Positions 48,299 through 61,994 of a stretch of 64,000 nt of DNA are shown here, one piece after another. The notes beneath the pieces are model-generated. The model made no database searches. It was not told the DNA's origin and saw nothing but the letters and a program-made list of their open reading frames with translations. Both the position numbers and the translations under genes were made by a program. The stretch covers positions 1-64,000 of the forward strand of contig JANNBC010000009.1 in assembly GCA_031385045.1 (NCBI GenBank), in the 5' to 3' direction. Position 1 is the first letter of the stretch. Each line of letters begins with the position of its first letter. This stretch comes from a bacterium (GTDB taxonomy: Bacteria > Bdellovibrionota_C > UBA2361 > CALJRW01).

Positions 48299-49336
48299 CT
48301 ATAAGCGACGTAACCCATCTTCTTTCATTGGATTAGGAATCTCTTCGTCTAGCTGATTAATTTTGCGAAGCATTGATTTATCAATTTCTAAGTTGGCACC
48401 TTGCATGCTCTCGGCTAATTGGCTGATGCTATTAGCACCAACAATCGTAGAAGCCACAAAATCATGCTGCTTGCTCCAAGCAAGTGCCAAGGCTGAAACT
48501 GGTACATTAATCTCCTTAGCCAGCTCCATGATTCTAATTGTGGTAGCAATAGTTCGGTCATTTACAAAACGCCTAGCCATTTTCTGTTGGCGCTTAGCAC
48601 CTTCTTTTAAGTAATGAGTGAATCTAGCTCCTTCCGGAAAAGATTCGTTATACTTACCAGTTAAAACTCCACCACCTAGCGGTGAGTAAGGTAGTAGGCT
48701 AACTCCTTCATTGCGGCAGACCTGAGCTAGCTCGCTTTCGGCACGGCGATTAATTAAGCTAAAATTATTCTGAACTGTATCAAAACGAATTAATTTATGA
48801 TTCTCTGATGCTTGTAAACTTTTCATCACCCCCCAAGAGGTTTCATTACTACATCCAGCAACACGAATTTTACCAGTTTTTTTCAGTTGATCTAAAGCAC
48901 CTAAAGTTTCCTCATAGGGAATTCCATGATCGGGCCAATGGGTTTGATAAAGATCTAGGTAATCAGTATTTAAACGACGAAGGCTTCCCTCGACTGCTTT
49001 AATAATTTGGTGTTGATCTAAGGTAGTCTTGCCATTTCTAATTGGTGGAGTAAACCAACCATGAGCTGGGCCGGCAATCTTAGAAGCAATAATTACACTA
49101 TCTCGAGGTTTAGTTTTAAGCCATTCGCCAATAATTTCTTCGGATCTTCCAGCATAATCAAACTGTGGTGGCACGGGATAAAGTTCTGCCGTATCAAAAA
49201 AATCGATTCCTTGATCATAAGCATAATCCATAATTGCCAGAGATTCTTTTAGATCACAACGAGTTCCAAAAGTCATTGTTCCTAAACAAACCGAGGAAAC
49301 TACTAAACCACTACGACCAAGTCGGCGACGTTCCAT
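48299..49336 (-). CDS. Aldo/keto reductase (Tas-like)
   Basis: LGTMTFG, DTAELYPVP, SLRRLNTDYLDLYQTHWP, YSPLGGGVLTGKY. Confidence 0.92.
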   Translation of the reverse strand: MERRRLGRSGLVVSSVCLGTMTFGTRCDLKESLAIMDYAYDQGIDFFDTAELYPVPPQFDYAGRSEEIIGEWLKTKPRDSVIIASKIAGPAHGWFTPPIRNGKTTLDQHQIIKAVEGSLRRLNTDYLDLYQTHWPDHGIPYEETLGALDQLKKTGKIRVAGCSNETSWGVMKSLQASENHKLIRFDTVQNNFSLINRRAESELAQVCRNEGVSLLPYSPLGGGVLTGKYNESFPEGARFTHYLKEGAKRQQKMARRFVNDRTIATTIRIMELAKEINVPVSALALAWSKQHDFVASTIVGANSISQLAESMQGANLEIDKSMLRKINQLDEEIPNPMKEDGLRRL

Positions 49337-49341
49337 AATAT

Positions 49342-50379
49342 TTACTTGATAATAAACTTTGCGGCTTCTAACAAATCCATAGAGATGTAATCAGCTTGTA
49401 CTTCATATAGATTGTCACTGCCAGCATTACCAGTCTGAACTAAAATAGTTTTGCAGCCAGCATCTCTTCCCATTTTAATATCTCCACTGGAATCACCTAT
49501 GACAACAGAATTTTTTAGATCCAGATTAAGTTCTTTTTCGGCACGTCGGATTAAACCTAAATTTGGCTTCCGACAGTCCGTACCAGCAGCTTTGGTGTAT
49601 GGAGAAAAATATATTTTATCTACTAAGATACCCTCTGCACTTAATAATTTTAGCATCTTTTTATTAACTTTGAATAAGTCTTCAAATTGGAAATATCCAA
49701 AATCTACCCCTGGCTGATTTGTAATAATCACCACTCGATATCCCGCATCTTGAAAAGCTTTAATCCCAGCAATTGCATTTGCTAACAAAACAAATTTATC
49801 TGGTTCAAATAAATACTCAACATGCTCATTAATGGTGCCATCACGATCTAAAATTACGGCCTTAGAAAGTGGCAACTTATCTTTTGGAGTATAGGCCTGA
49901 AGACCTGCAGAATATTTCTCTAAAATAGAATTAATAATTTCAGAACTTGAGCTTGATTCCACAAGATCAATTAACTTCACTTGCCCACCATAACTTTCCA
50001 CTATTGGGGCAGAGCTTAAAGTTTTCTTACTGTAATCTGCCGCCTTAATATAAAAGTCCGGCTTTAGCTGAGAAATATTTTCATTGTTATTTAATTCATC
50101 AAAAATAAAAACATAATCTACAGACTCTAGTCCAGCAACAACTTTGGCTCGTGACTCAGCTGGAACAATCGGCCGCAGTTCACTTTTATAAGCTTTAATT
50201 GAGGCATCGGAGTTAACTCCCACAACTAAGCACTGACAAAGCTCCTTAGCTTTATTTAAATAATCAACATGCCCTGGGTGAATTAAATCAAAACTTCCAG
50301 AGGTAAAGCCAACTTGACTCGGACGATTAGTTTTAAAAAGTTCTAGCAATCCTTCACGTGTAATAATTTTATTTCTCAT
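49342..50379 (-). CDS. Fusion of heptose-1-phosphate adenylyltransferase-like domain and GmhB-like HAD phosphatase
   Basis: N-terminal GSFDLIHPGH / VGVNSDAS; C-terminal LDRDGTIN, ITNQ, CRKP, IGD. Confidence 0.85.
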   Translation of the reverse strand: MRNKIITREGLLELFKTNRPSQVGFTSGSFDLIHPGHVDYLNKAKELCQCLVVGVNSDASIKAYKSELRPIVPAESRAKVVAGLESVDYVFIFDELNNNENISQLKPDFYIKAADYSKKTLSSAPIVESYGGQVKLIDLVESSSSSEIINSILEKYSAGLQAYTPKDKLPLSKAVILDRDGTINEHVEYLFEPDKFVLLANAIAGIKAFQDAGYRVVIITNQPGVDFGYFQFEDLFKVNKKMLKLLSAEGILVDKIYFSPYTKAAGTDCRKPNLGLIRRAEKELNLDLKNSVVIGDSSGDIKMGRDAGCKTILVQTGNAGSDNLYEVQADYISMDLLEAAKFIIK

Positions 50380-50717
50380 TTCTCTAGTCCTTTCTGAGCA
50401 ATTTCATATAAGAGCGTATAAGGATAAATGCCACTGTCATGCCCATCTGCCCAACGAATCCCAATTGCATAATTACCAACTCCCCAAATTTCTTGGAGAG
50501 ATGTCTGTTCATCTGCTGTATGCATAATTACCTTCAAACTACTTTTCTTAGGAGTGAGCGGTGTATCATGAGACAAATCTCCTCTTTCTAATTTACTATC
50601 TGCCGAGGGACAGTTTTGCCTAAGTAACTGACTAGATAGTTGGTGCACTTCACCATTTTGCCAGGTTATTTCTAATCCTTCCGTTCCTAATCTTTTAATT
50701 TTACTGGGAGTAATCAT
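50376..50717 (-). CDS. DUF971 domain protein
   Basis: LRQNCPSA and VGNYAIGIRWADGHDSGIY. Confidence 0.88.
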   Translation of the reverse strand: MITPSKIKRLGTEGLEITWQNGEVHQLSSQLLRQNCPSADSKLERGDLSHDTPLTPKKSSLKVIMHTADEQTSLQEIWGVGNYAIGIRWADGHDSGIYPYTLLYEIAQKGLEK

Positions 50718-50722
50718 AACGA

Positions 50723-52198
50723 CTATTCTTGATAAGCTTCAATTAAAGCAGGCATTTCTGCTAATCGTTGCAGTGTTTTTTCCTTACCAAGGGCTAAAAT
50801 TGATTCGGAAAGTGGCGGAGTTGCTTTCTTTCCTGTTACCGCAATTCGCACTACTGGAAAAACTTGTCCAGTTTTCAATCCTGATTCAGCAACAACTTCT
50901 TCCAATGCTTTGTGAATAGAATCGACAGTAAAAACTGCCACGCTGGAAAACTTCTGAGCAACAACTTCTACAACCTGCTTAGCAATCTCTTTGTTAACAT
51001 TCTTGTTAAAGATGGCATTCATTTCGCGAGGCAGATCATTAAGACAAAGAAACTCAATGTTTTCTATGATTTCTGGCAATGTCTTAATTCGCTCTTGAAC
51101 ATGGGGAGCAATAATTTCCCAAGATTTGGCAGGACAACTTGTAATATATTTATTTGCTAACTCCGTAAATTTTTCGGAACTTAAGGAACGTAGGTAGACA
51201 CCATTCATCCATTGTAATTTTGCTGGATCAAAAACACCGCCAGAAGAGTTTAGACCATCTAAACTAAATTTTTGAATCAGTTCGTCCCTTGTAAAGACTT
51301 CCTGTTCATCACCAGAACCAACAGACCAACCGATTAAAGAAACATAATTTAACAAAGCTTCCGGTAAAATACCTTGTTCTTCATATTGAGTTAAGGCATC
51401 GGCACCATGTCGTTTAGAAAGTTTCTTTCCGTCTGGACCTAAGATATGAGATAAGTGAACAAACACAGGTTTTTCCCAGCCAAAAGCTTCATAAAGCAAA
51501 ATATGAATTGGCGTTGTTGGTAACCATTCCTCTCCACGAAGGACATGAGTTATTCCCATATAATGATCGTCAACAACTGAAGCTAAATGATAAGTTGGGA
51601 AACCATCGCTCTTTAAAATCACCGGATCACGCAGCGGTGGATTGTCCCAGGTGATTACCCCACGAACAGCATCGTTCATAGAAAGTTTAATTTGATCTGG
51701 CAAGCGAAAGCGAACAACTGTCTTGGCACCTGCGGGTAAATTCCTTGTACGACAATATCCACTATAACCGGGACGTTCGCGACGAGCCATTTGCTCTAAA
51801 CGTTCAATCTCTAATCGTTCCGAAGAACAATCACAACGGTATGCCTTACCCTCAGAGATTAATCGCTCTACTTCTTTTTGATACAAAGAAAGTCGCTCAC
51901 TTTGAATATAAGGACCGACCTTGCCCGCTTCCACTGGAGCAAATTCAGAAAATTCATTAATTGCTTTTAAATCAGCCTGATTTGGCCCTTCATCATAATC
52001 TATTCCTAACCAATGTAAGGAATCAACTAAGTATTTAATAGCTCCAGGAACTAATCTTTCCCGGTCAGTATCTTCAATTCGAAGTAGAAATTGACCACCA
52101 TTTTGCTTAGCTAAAAGCCAAGCGTACATCGCGGTTCGAAAACCACCAATATGTTGAAATCCTGTCGGGCTGGGAGCGAAACGAGTTCTAACTGTCAT
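50723..52198 (-). CDS. gltX: Glutamate--tRNA ligase
   Basis: RTRFAPSPTG, LRIEDTD, ITHVLRGEEW, KKLSKR. Confidence 0.97.
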   Translation of the reverse strand: MTVRTRFAPSPTGFQHIGGFRTAMYAWLLAKQNGGQFLLRIEDTDRERLVPGAIKYLVDSLHWLGIDYDEGPNQADLKAINEFSEFAPVEAGKVGPYIQSERLSLYQKEVERLISEGKAYRCDCSSERLEIERLEQMARRERPGYSGYCRTRNLPAGAKTVVRFRLPDQIKLSMNDAVRGVITWDNPPLRDPVILKSDGFPTYHLASVVDDHYMGITHVLRGEEWLPTTPIHILLYEAFGWEKPVFVHLSHILGPDGKKLSKRHGADALTQYEEQGILPEALLNYVSLIGWSVGSGDEQEVFTRDELIQKFSLDGLNSSGGVFDPAKLQWMNGVYLRSLSSEKFTELANKYITSCPAKSWEIIAPHVQERIKTLPEIIENIEFLCLNDLPREMNAIFNKNVNKEIAKQVVEVVAQKFSSVAVFTVDSIHKALEEVVAESGLKTGQVFPVVRIAVTGKKATPPLSESILALGKEKTLQRLAEMPALIEAYQE

Positions 52199-52382
52199 AA
52201 TCTAAATATAATTTAATCAGCTAGAATTATGCCCTTAAAATTCATTTACTGCAATCAATTCAAGTTATTGAAATAAATTCAAACAGCACCCGGCACTCAG
52301 CTAGTTAATTATAGATTTCAAATGCTATATTTTTAAGATTTTTTATAGAATATGGACTACCACAGCTTAAGATACTTGCTAA

Positions 52383-52787
52383 TTATGATTTAGCTTGAAC
52401 TTCCTTACCAACTAAAGATAAAATTGATGCTATTCCAATAGTTATTAAGAGCGCTGGGGCCGCCTCGATTTTCGCTAAAGCTTCTGGAAATTTCAACATT
52501 AGTCCCGTTGCAATGAAATGACCGGCGCAGATATTAAAAGATCGAGGCCCAACCTCCGGACTTCTTACTTGGAGAAATTGAGCGATGCCTAGTACAACTA
52601 CAGCATTTGCAAAGCTTTGCTCGGGGGAAATCCCTAGTTGACTATAATCTTTACCCATATATTTGATGGCAACAAGACTGATTCCAGCCCCTGAAATTAC
52701 ATCATTCGCTAGACAAACCAGATCATGCACCATCGACTTTGGCTTTGAGGTATGAATTAGTTGATTATAAATAATACCTTTAGACAT
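52383..52787 (-). CDS. Hypothetical membrane protein
   Basis: 134 aa with several hydrophobic segments. Confidence 0.55.
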   Translation of the reverse strand: MSKGIIYNQLIHTSKPKSMVHDLVCLANDVISGAGISLVAIKYMGKDYSQLGISPEQSFANAVVVLGIAQFLQVRSPEVGPRSFNICAGHFIATGLMLKFPEALAKIEAAPALLITIGIASILSLVGKEVQAKS

Positions 52788-53092
52788 AATTTTTAATTAT
52801 ATTTATTGTTAATACCAAACGATCCTTATCCTTTACTTAGCTTAGGCTAAACTAGTTATAATCTGTTTTAAATCTATGTGACATTTTAAAAGTAGCCCTT
52901 AAGTAAGTCTTCTTAGGCCTTTGATCTATTTCAGTCTTTTGCTTTAAAACTCTAATCTCCCCGACTCCGTTCGTAGTGTATATAAAATGACACATCCTTA
53001 AAAAATTGTTAATAACACCTCTGCTGCTTGCAAGCCTTGGCTTTTAAAGTGCCCTATTTGTTTCAGTAATATTAGCTCATTGAATTAATCGC

Positions 53093-55030
53093 ATGTCGTT
53101 ATCGCCAATTATAGAAATTCCTACCCCAGCAATAATCCTTGCTGATATGCAACTTAATGGAGCTCCGCCTGAGGCTGGACGGCCCAAGGCTGCCCTAAAA
53201 GCAATTGAATTAATAGTCTCGGGAGCTAAGGAATATCTTCAGCAATTAGAACCTCAAGTCCAAAGAGATTTATTAATGATTGTGGACAAGGTTAGTAAAC
53301 GAGTTTTATTAAAGAAAAATCTACAGGCCTTGATCAAAGATAATTTTGACGTTACTCAAAAAACAATTGAACCCAAAGTTCATTCTAAATTATTAGAATT
53401 TGGTGCTGAACTTGCTAAGATAATTGAAAACCGTGCTCCTAAATTACTAGAATTAGGATTTAAACCGGAGCAAATAGGCAATGCTTTGGTCAAGATGAAT
53501 TTCGATCAAATTGAGCAATGTTTTGTGAATCAACATTTTTTAGTTGCTGGAAAGATAGAGGCTAGTCGAGTTGATTCAATTTTAAATGCCCGTGATGCAC
53601 TAGAACTTTATCAACGCTTTGCAAAGACTTATCAGCAACCGGAGCTTGGACCTTTAGCTGTGCATCAAAGAATTGTATTAGTGCGAAGTTCCGAACTGGC
53701 AAATGAGAGGATCGCTGTAGCTAAGGATATTTTATCAGCTGGATTTGAATCCAGCATAGCTTTAGACTATGCCTTAGCAAATCAGGAAGAGCGAGCTTGG
53801 TTTAATCGAAAAATCCAAGAACCGATATTTTTCACTAGCCCCTCAGCTCTAATCCGGTTAGCAAAAACAGAGCCGGAGCAAAGAGAGAAAGACTTACAGA
53901 AAATAGTTAATTTTATCTTGCACGGGGCGACGGCTACTGATGCAATTGGAATAGTTCTACGAAAAGATCTTAAAGAGAATAGTGAAAGAGCGCTAATGGT
54001 CTTTGAGATTGCCCTTGATGCGGGACTAAACTCCACCGCAGCTCTTGATTTTGCATTATCAAAAAAAGGACAACAATCACCCAACTCCCGCGTCGGTTCA
54101 ATCAATACGCTAAAAGCATTGCCGCTTGGATTCTCTGATGAACATATTGTAGCTCTGGTAACGGGAGGACAAAAAAGATACCAACCCAATTCAGTCAAAG
54201 ACAATTCAACTAAAACCGAAGCAGAAAAATTCAAAGATCATTTAACAAAAATGGTTTTAAATAAATTTATGATTGATCGCAAAGATCCCGAAGCTTATCA
54301 AACAAGAAGGCTATTTGCCAAGCTTGACGTTGTGGAGATGATTGATTTATACAAAGTTTTTTTTAATTCTCAAGAGTTACCAGACTTAATTAAAAAAGCT
54401 CATCATCAAAATGGACTTTATTCATATATTGATGATCTACTGATCAATCAAGCGGCATTAGATCAACAAAATTTCCAAAAACTATGTCGACAATATAAAC
54501 AGCTAATCAATCAACCGGAACAATTTACCTCAAAAAAATTCTCTCCTGAATTTCAAGAATTAAATCAGGCCTTAAGTGACTTTCTAATTAGTATTGATCC
54601 AGATATCCGTTATCGAGCTAAGCTAACTTTTAATACTTGGCTAGTCGCTGTTGTTAAAAAATATTACACCAAAGCATTAGATCTTAGCCCTGAAGTTGTA
54701 GAAAGTATTATTGACTGGACGATCAATCATTACGATCCAATAAAGCAACAATTAAATGGGAAAAAACCAGTTAATATTCTAAAATCATTTGGCGCAGCAA
54801 TGCAACATTTCTATCATCATTTAATTGAACATAAACTGAGTGAAAACCCGAAAGCACTTAGAGCATATGTTGTCTTTAGTAGGGCTAAGACCAAGGAAAA
54901 GACTAGCGAAGAGCCGATAGCGGATCAAAAGATTTGGGAAACACTCAGAAAGCAACAACCTGGCAATGAAGTGGCAATTAATTTCGCAGAGGCTATTTAT
55001 AATGAAGTCAAGGCACTCTACAAGAAATAG
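53093..55030 (+). CDS. Hypothetical alpha-helical protein with degenerate internal repeats
   Basis: 645-aa ORF; recurring (L/I)xxGF..A(L/I)..(A/V)L segments. Confidence 0.7.
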   Translation: MSLSPIIEIPTPAIILADMQLNGAPPEAGRPKAALKAIELIVSGAKEYLQQLEPQVQRDLLMIVDKVSKRVLLKKNLQALIKDNFDVTQKTIEPKVHSKLLEFGAELAKIIENRAPKLLELGFKPEQIGNALVKMNFDQIEQCFVNQHFLVAGKIEASRVDSILNARDALELYQRFAKTYQQPELGPLAVHQRIVLVRSSELANERIAVAKDILSAGFESSIALDYALANQEERAWFNRKIQEPIFFTSPSALIRLAKTEPEQREKDLQKIVNFILHGATATDAIGIVLRKDLKENSERALMVFEIALDAGLNSTAALDFALSKKGQQSPNSRVGSINTLKALPLGFSDEHIVALVTGGQKRYQPNSVKDNSTKTEAEKFKDHLTKMVLNKFMIDRKDPEAYQTRRLFAKLDVVEMIDLYKVFFNSQELPDLIKKAHHQNGLYSYIDDLLINQAALDQQNFQKLCRQYKQLINQPEQFTSKKFSPEFQELNQALSDFLISIDPDIRYRAKLTFNTWLVAVVKKYYTKALDLSPEVVESIIDWTINHYDPIKQQLNGKKPVNILKSFGAAMQHFYHHLIEHKLSENPKALRAYVVFSRAKTKEKTSEEPIADQKIWETLRKQQPGNEVAINFAEAIYNEVKALYKK

Positions 55031-55068
55031 CATTTATAGTAAGTCCAAAAAGTAATTTCCGTTAAGAA

Positions 55069-58289
<3,221 letters not shown>

Positions 58290-58447
58290 CGGAGAATGTT
58301 ATATCAAGCAAGGACTGTTTTTACCAGTCGTGCATTATTTTACTTAGTGCTTTTAATCACTTAAGAAAAGAAACTGAATATTAAAGGAATGCATCTTATC
58401 ATTCTAACTACTTATATGCATTAATGATTGCTTAAAAGATCTTTTTA

Positions 58448-60133
58448 TTGGTAAAGGAGACTCCAATTTCAACCTCAATTGAACCACAATCAAAATCTGA
58501 AAATCAGTTAATTGGCAAAGTAATTCGTGTCTCTGCTGATAATGTTGGAATTCAACATAATTTAAATTTTGGTGAACAACTAAATCCTACGGATCATAAT
58601 TTAAAGATTGGAACTTTTATCATAATTCCTGGAACTGATTATATTTCACTAGGACAAATTACAGAGCTAAAAACAATTAGCTCGGAAGAATCTAAAATTC
58701 AAACAGAGGTGATTGTCCAATTACTCCTTAGTATTCAATTAAAGACGGCCAAAGTAATCCACGGAATTATCGAACAACCGCAGATTGGAGCAAATGCGAT
58801 AGTTGCTACTGCAGAAATTCTTAAATTAATTACTAACCCTGCGGCTAGTGCCTCGATTAAGGAAAGTCCCGTAAGCTTTTTAATTGCAAACTTACAAAAT
58901 GCCATTAATGTACCAGTTGCCATCTCCCCAGAAACTTTATTTGGTCGCCACTGCGCAATCATTGGTACAACAGGTGCTGGGAAAAGCTGGACTATTGCTA
59001 GAATCTTAGAAGAAGCCGCTCGTTATAATTCAAAAATCATTCTTTTTGATGCCACAGGCGAATATCAAGATATTTCTACAAAGGTAAGACATGTTTACTT
59101 AGGAAACGATCCCGAGCCTGCGCTTAATTCTCAGGAGGTTGTCCTACCCTTTTACAACCTAACAGAAAACGATCTTTTTGCTATTTTTCAACCAAATGGA
59201 GAAAGCCAAGCGCCGAAACTGCGCGCTGCAATTAAAAGCCTAAAACTTGCTAATTTAAAGCCAGAAATTGCAATTTCTGGTAAAATTATTAAAGCCAATC
59301 GATCAAAACTAGCCTATGAAAATGCTTATCAACAATTTGCAGAAGAACTAGAAAAAAATGGTATTTACTTTGAGATTGATTCTCTTGCTAGACAAATTGA
59401 AAATGAATGTGTCATTCCAGTACAAAGCTCTGTAGAAAGTAACTCCTGGGGAGCAATTGATCCAACTGACCGTTCTGCCTGTGTTTCATTAGTCTCTCGG
59501 ATGGAAGAGATGCTTCGCTCCGATACACTAGCACCAATCTTTCGACCCCAAGGTAAAAAATCACTGCTTACTGAGATTGAGGAATTTCTAAAAGATGATT
59601 CTAGTGCCATCCTCAGAATTTCTTTGCAATATTTATCTTATGATCATCATGCTAGAGAATTAATTACAAATGCTGCTGGTCGCTACCTTTTAAATTTAGC
59701 TCGTAAGAATTATTTTAAACAACAACCAACTCTTATCTTACTAGATGAAGCTCATCAATTTTTAAATTTAGAAATTAATAACGAAGATCTTAATTATGCC
59801 TTGGATTCTTTTGCGATCTTAGCAAAAGAAGGTCGTAAATATGGAGTAAACCTTTGTATTGCTACACAACGACCAAGAGATATTCCCGAAGGAGTCATCA
59901 GTCAGATGGGAACTTTGATTGTGCATCGTTTAATTAATGATTACGATCGCAGTCTGGTGGAACGAGCCTGTGGACAATTAGATCACCGCACAGTTCAAAT
60001 GCTACCAAATCTTACAGCGGGTGAAGCAATTTTAGTTGGCGCAGAATTCCCTATCCCATTAATGATTAAAGTTATTCCTGCCAGATGCAAACCAAATTCA
60101 GCTGGGCCGGATTATCAAAACTATTGGAAATGA
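58448..60133 (+). CDS. HerA-like (DUF87) ATPase
   Basis: HAS-barrel-like N-terminus, RHCAIIGTTGAGKS, LDEAHQF, AKEGRKYG, TQRP. Confidence 0.9.
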   Translation: MVKETPISTSIEPQSKSENQLIGKVIRVSADNVGIQHNLNFGEQLNPTDHNLKIGTFIIIPGTDYISLGQITELKTISSEESKIQTEVIVQLLLSIQLKTAKVIHGIIEQPQIGANAIVATAEILKLITNPAASASIKESPVSFLIANLQNAINVPVAISPETLFGRHCAIIGTTGAGKSWTIARILEEAARYNSKIILFDATGEYQDISTKVRHVYLGNDPEPALNSQEVVLPFYNLTENDLFAIFQPNGESQAPKLRAAIKSLKLANLKPEIAISGKIIKANRSKLAYENAYQQFAEELEKNGIYFEIDSLARQIENECVIPVQSSVESNSWGAIDPTDRSACVSLVSRMEEMLRSDTLAPIFRPQGKKSLLTEIEEFLKDDSSAILRISLQYLSYDHHARELITNAAGRYLLNLARKNYFKQQPTLILLDEAHQFLNLEINNEDLNYALDSFAILAKEGRKYGVNLCIATQRPRDIPEGVISQMGTLIVHRLINDYDRSLVERACGQLDHRTVQMLPNLTAGEAILVGAEFPIPLMIKVIPARCKPNSAGPDYQNYWK

Positions 60134-60363
60134 CAATTGTTTTGTTTTTCTGAACCTTCTGCCTAATCTTTGTTGATTAGTAAAAACAGCAGGAGACTCT
60201 CACAAAATGCATTTATTCTATAAGAATTACTAACTAATATCTACTGTTGATCAAGTTAAAAATTACCAACATTTTAAAAATTACTTAATATAAATTACAG
60301 AAGCTTATACATTAATGACAAATCACCATTGTTCGAATTTAAGACAAGCTAAGAAAATAATAT

Positions 60364-60627
60364 TTAGTTTTTAGAAATCGCCATGCAGATTAACAAGATG
60401 ATAGATCTACTTGCAAGCAATAATCCTAATAAAATAATTGGTATCCAAAAATATCCTACATTTGAATTAATTAAATAACTACAATTCTGAGGAGCAATAG
60501 ATTCGAAATCTACGCCATACTCCCGAGCACATTCATGGAGTAGAATAATTGGTGTGTATGCTTCCGCAACAAAAGCATACAGAATCAGGCCTGTTCCGAT
60601 AATTACTTGTATCAGATTTTTCTTCAT
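60364..60627 (-). CDS. Hypothetical small membrane protein
   Basis: 87 aa with two hydrophobic segments. Confidence 0.5.
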   Translation of the reverse strand: MKKNLIQVIIGTGLILYAFVAEAYTPIILLHECAREYGVDFESIAPQNCSYLINSNVGYFWIPIILLGLLLASRSIILLICMAISKN

Positions 60628-60686
60628 AAAGACTCATCCAGGAGAAACTTGGTAACTAGACTTTAAATGACAACTTTTAAATGCAG

Positions 60687-61994
60687 CTATTTGTTCCATG
60701 CTAATTCTTTAAACTGTTCTTTAAGAGTACTCTCCCAAGAAAACTCTGTGGGGAAATCTTTCATTTGCTGATTCATCAAATTAGCAACTTCATTAATCAA
60801 ATTCCTCTTAGCATCATGAGAAAAGTCAGACCAATTAGCATAGAACGTTTGATAAGATGGTAAATTCTGAGTAATTAATTGTAACAGCTCACTAGCTATT
60901 AATTCTTTTGAAAAATTCTCAGTAGCATAATTTTTTACATCAGGACTAATTAACAATTTAGGATTAACTTGAAATTCTTTAAGCAATTGGGCCAAGGTTT
61001 CCACCTCTTCCACCCCAGGAGCAATCTTATAGATTAAATTCTCAGGCAAATAATCGATCAATCCATAATCACTGGCCAGAATGACTTTAGAGTTAGCCAT
61101 GCTCACAGCTAAATATGGGCAAGGTTGCTCATAAACACTAAACAGTAAATGCATGGCGACTGAACTAGACTCGAGAATTAGCTCCCAATTTTTCAGTGTC
61201 CGACCAAAGCTTAGCGCAACTTGAGACTCAACTCTAAATTCTTTAATTAAAGACTCAGCAAGGTCTTTTTCCGTAGGTTCAATCAACCAATTTAATTTCC
61301 AATCTGGATTTGCTTGCAAAGATTTTAGTAATTGTGGTGTGCGCTCAGCGATTGTTGGTTTAGCAGAACTAGCCAAGGCTAAACTTTTAACTACTTGCTG
61401 ATTACTAGAAATTGTCACTGGAAAAGCTAAATGCTTTGGTTCTAAATTGCACTGCCGACTAATACTATCTACAAACATAGAACGTTTATATTCGCTAAGA
61501 TTTTGAGGATTAGTGAATAACGCTTGTAGTGCATAGCCTGCTTCCCGATTACCAAAAGGTCCGACCGGTAAGTATTTATTACTGCGACTTGGCCAAACAA
61601 TCTCAGGTTTTTTTAACTCTGGTAATACTTTCGTCCAAGGACTATTTAGAAAAGACTCCGCTCCATAATCAACAAAATTTAAATGATGAAAAATTACCAA
61701 TCCCGGGATAAGACCTAAATGTGCTCGAGAAAAATGACTACTAGTATGGTTTTCAACTTGATAAATAAATAAGTCAAATGGATTTAGCTGATGTTCCTGA
61801 ACGGCAGTTAAATAGTGAGCTGAAGGATAATTTTCATACGGTTCAAAACTATCAGTAAAAACTTTTATCTCTAGATTTAGAGACAATATAGGTAAAAGCT
61901 CTGCCGAAAAAATTTCACTGATACTTTCTGTGGAGGACTTACTTGGTGTAAACCAAGCAATGCGCATCTTCTTTAGAACATCTGAACTATTCAC
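60687..61994 (-). CDS. Divergent GT-B fold glycosyltransferase-like protein
   Basis: MRIAWFTP...ISEIFSAELLP N-terminus; in an operon with a GT4 gene; canonical EX7E motif not evident. Confidence 0.65.
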   Translation of the reverse strand: MNSSDVLKKMRIAWFTPSKSSTESISEIFSAELLPILSLNLEIKVFTDSFEPYENYPSAHYLTAVQEHQLNPFDLFIYQVENHTSSHFSRAHLGLIPGLVIFHHLNFVDYGAESFLNSPWTKVLPELKKPEIVWPSRSNKYLPVGPFGNREAGYALQALFTNPQNLSEYKRSMFVDSISRQCNLEPKHLAFPVTISSNQQVVKSLALASSAKPTIAERTPQLLKSLQANPDWKLNWLIEPTEKDLAESLIKEFRVESQVALSFGRTLKNWELILESSSVAMHLLFSVYEQPCPYLAVSMANSKVILASDYGLIDYLPENLIYKIAPGVEEVETLAQLLKEFQVNPKLLISPDVKNYATENFSKELIASELLQLITQNLPSYQTFYANWSDFSHDAKRNLINEVANLMNQQMKDFPTEFSWESTLKEQFKELAWNK

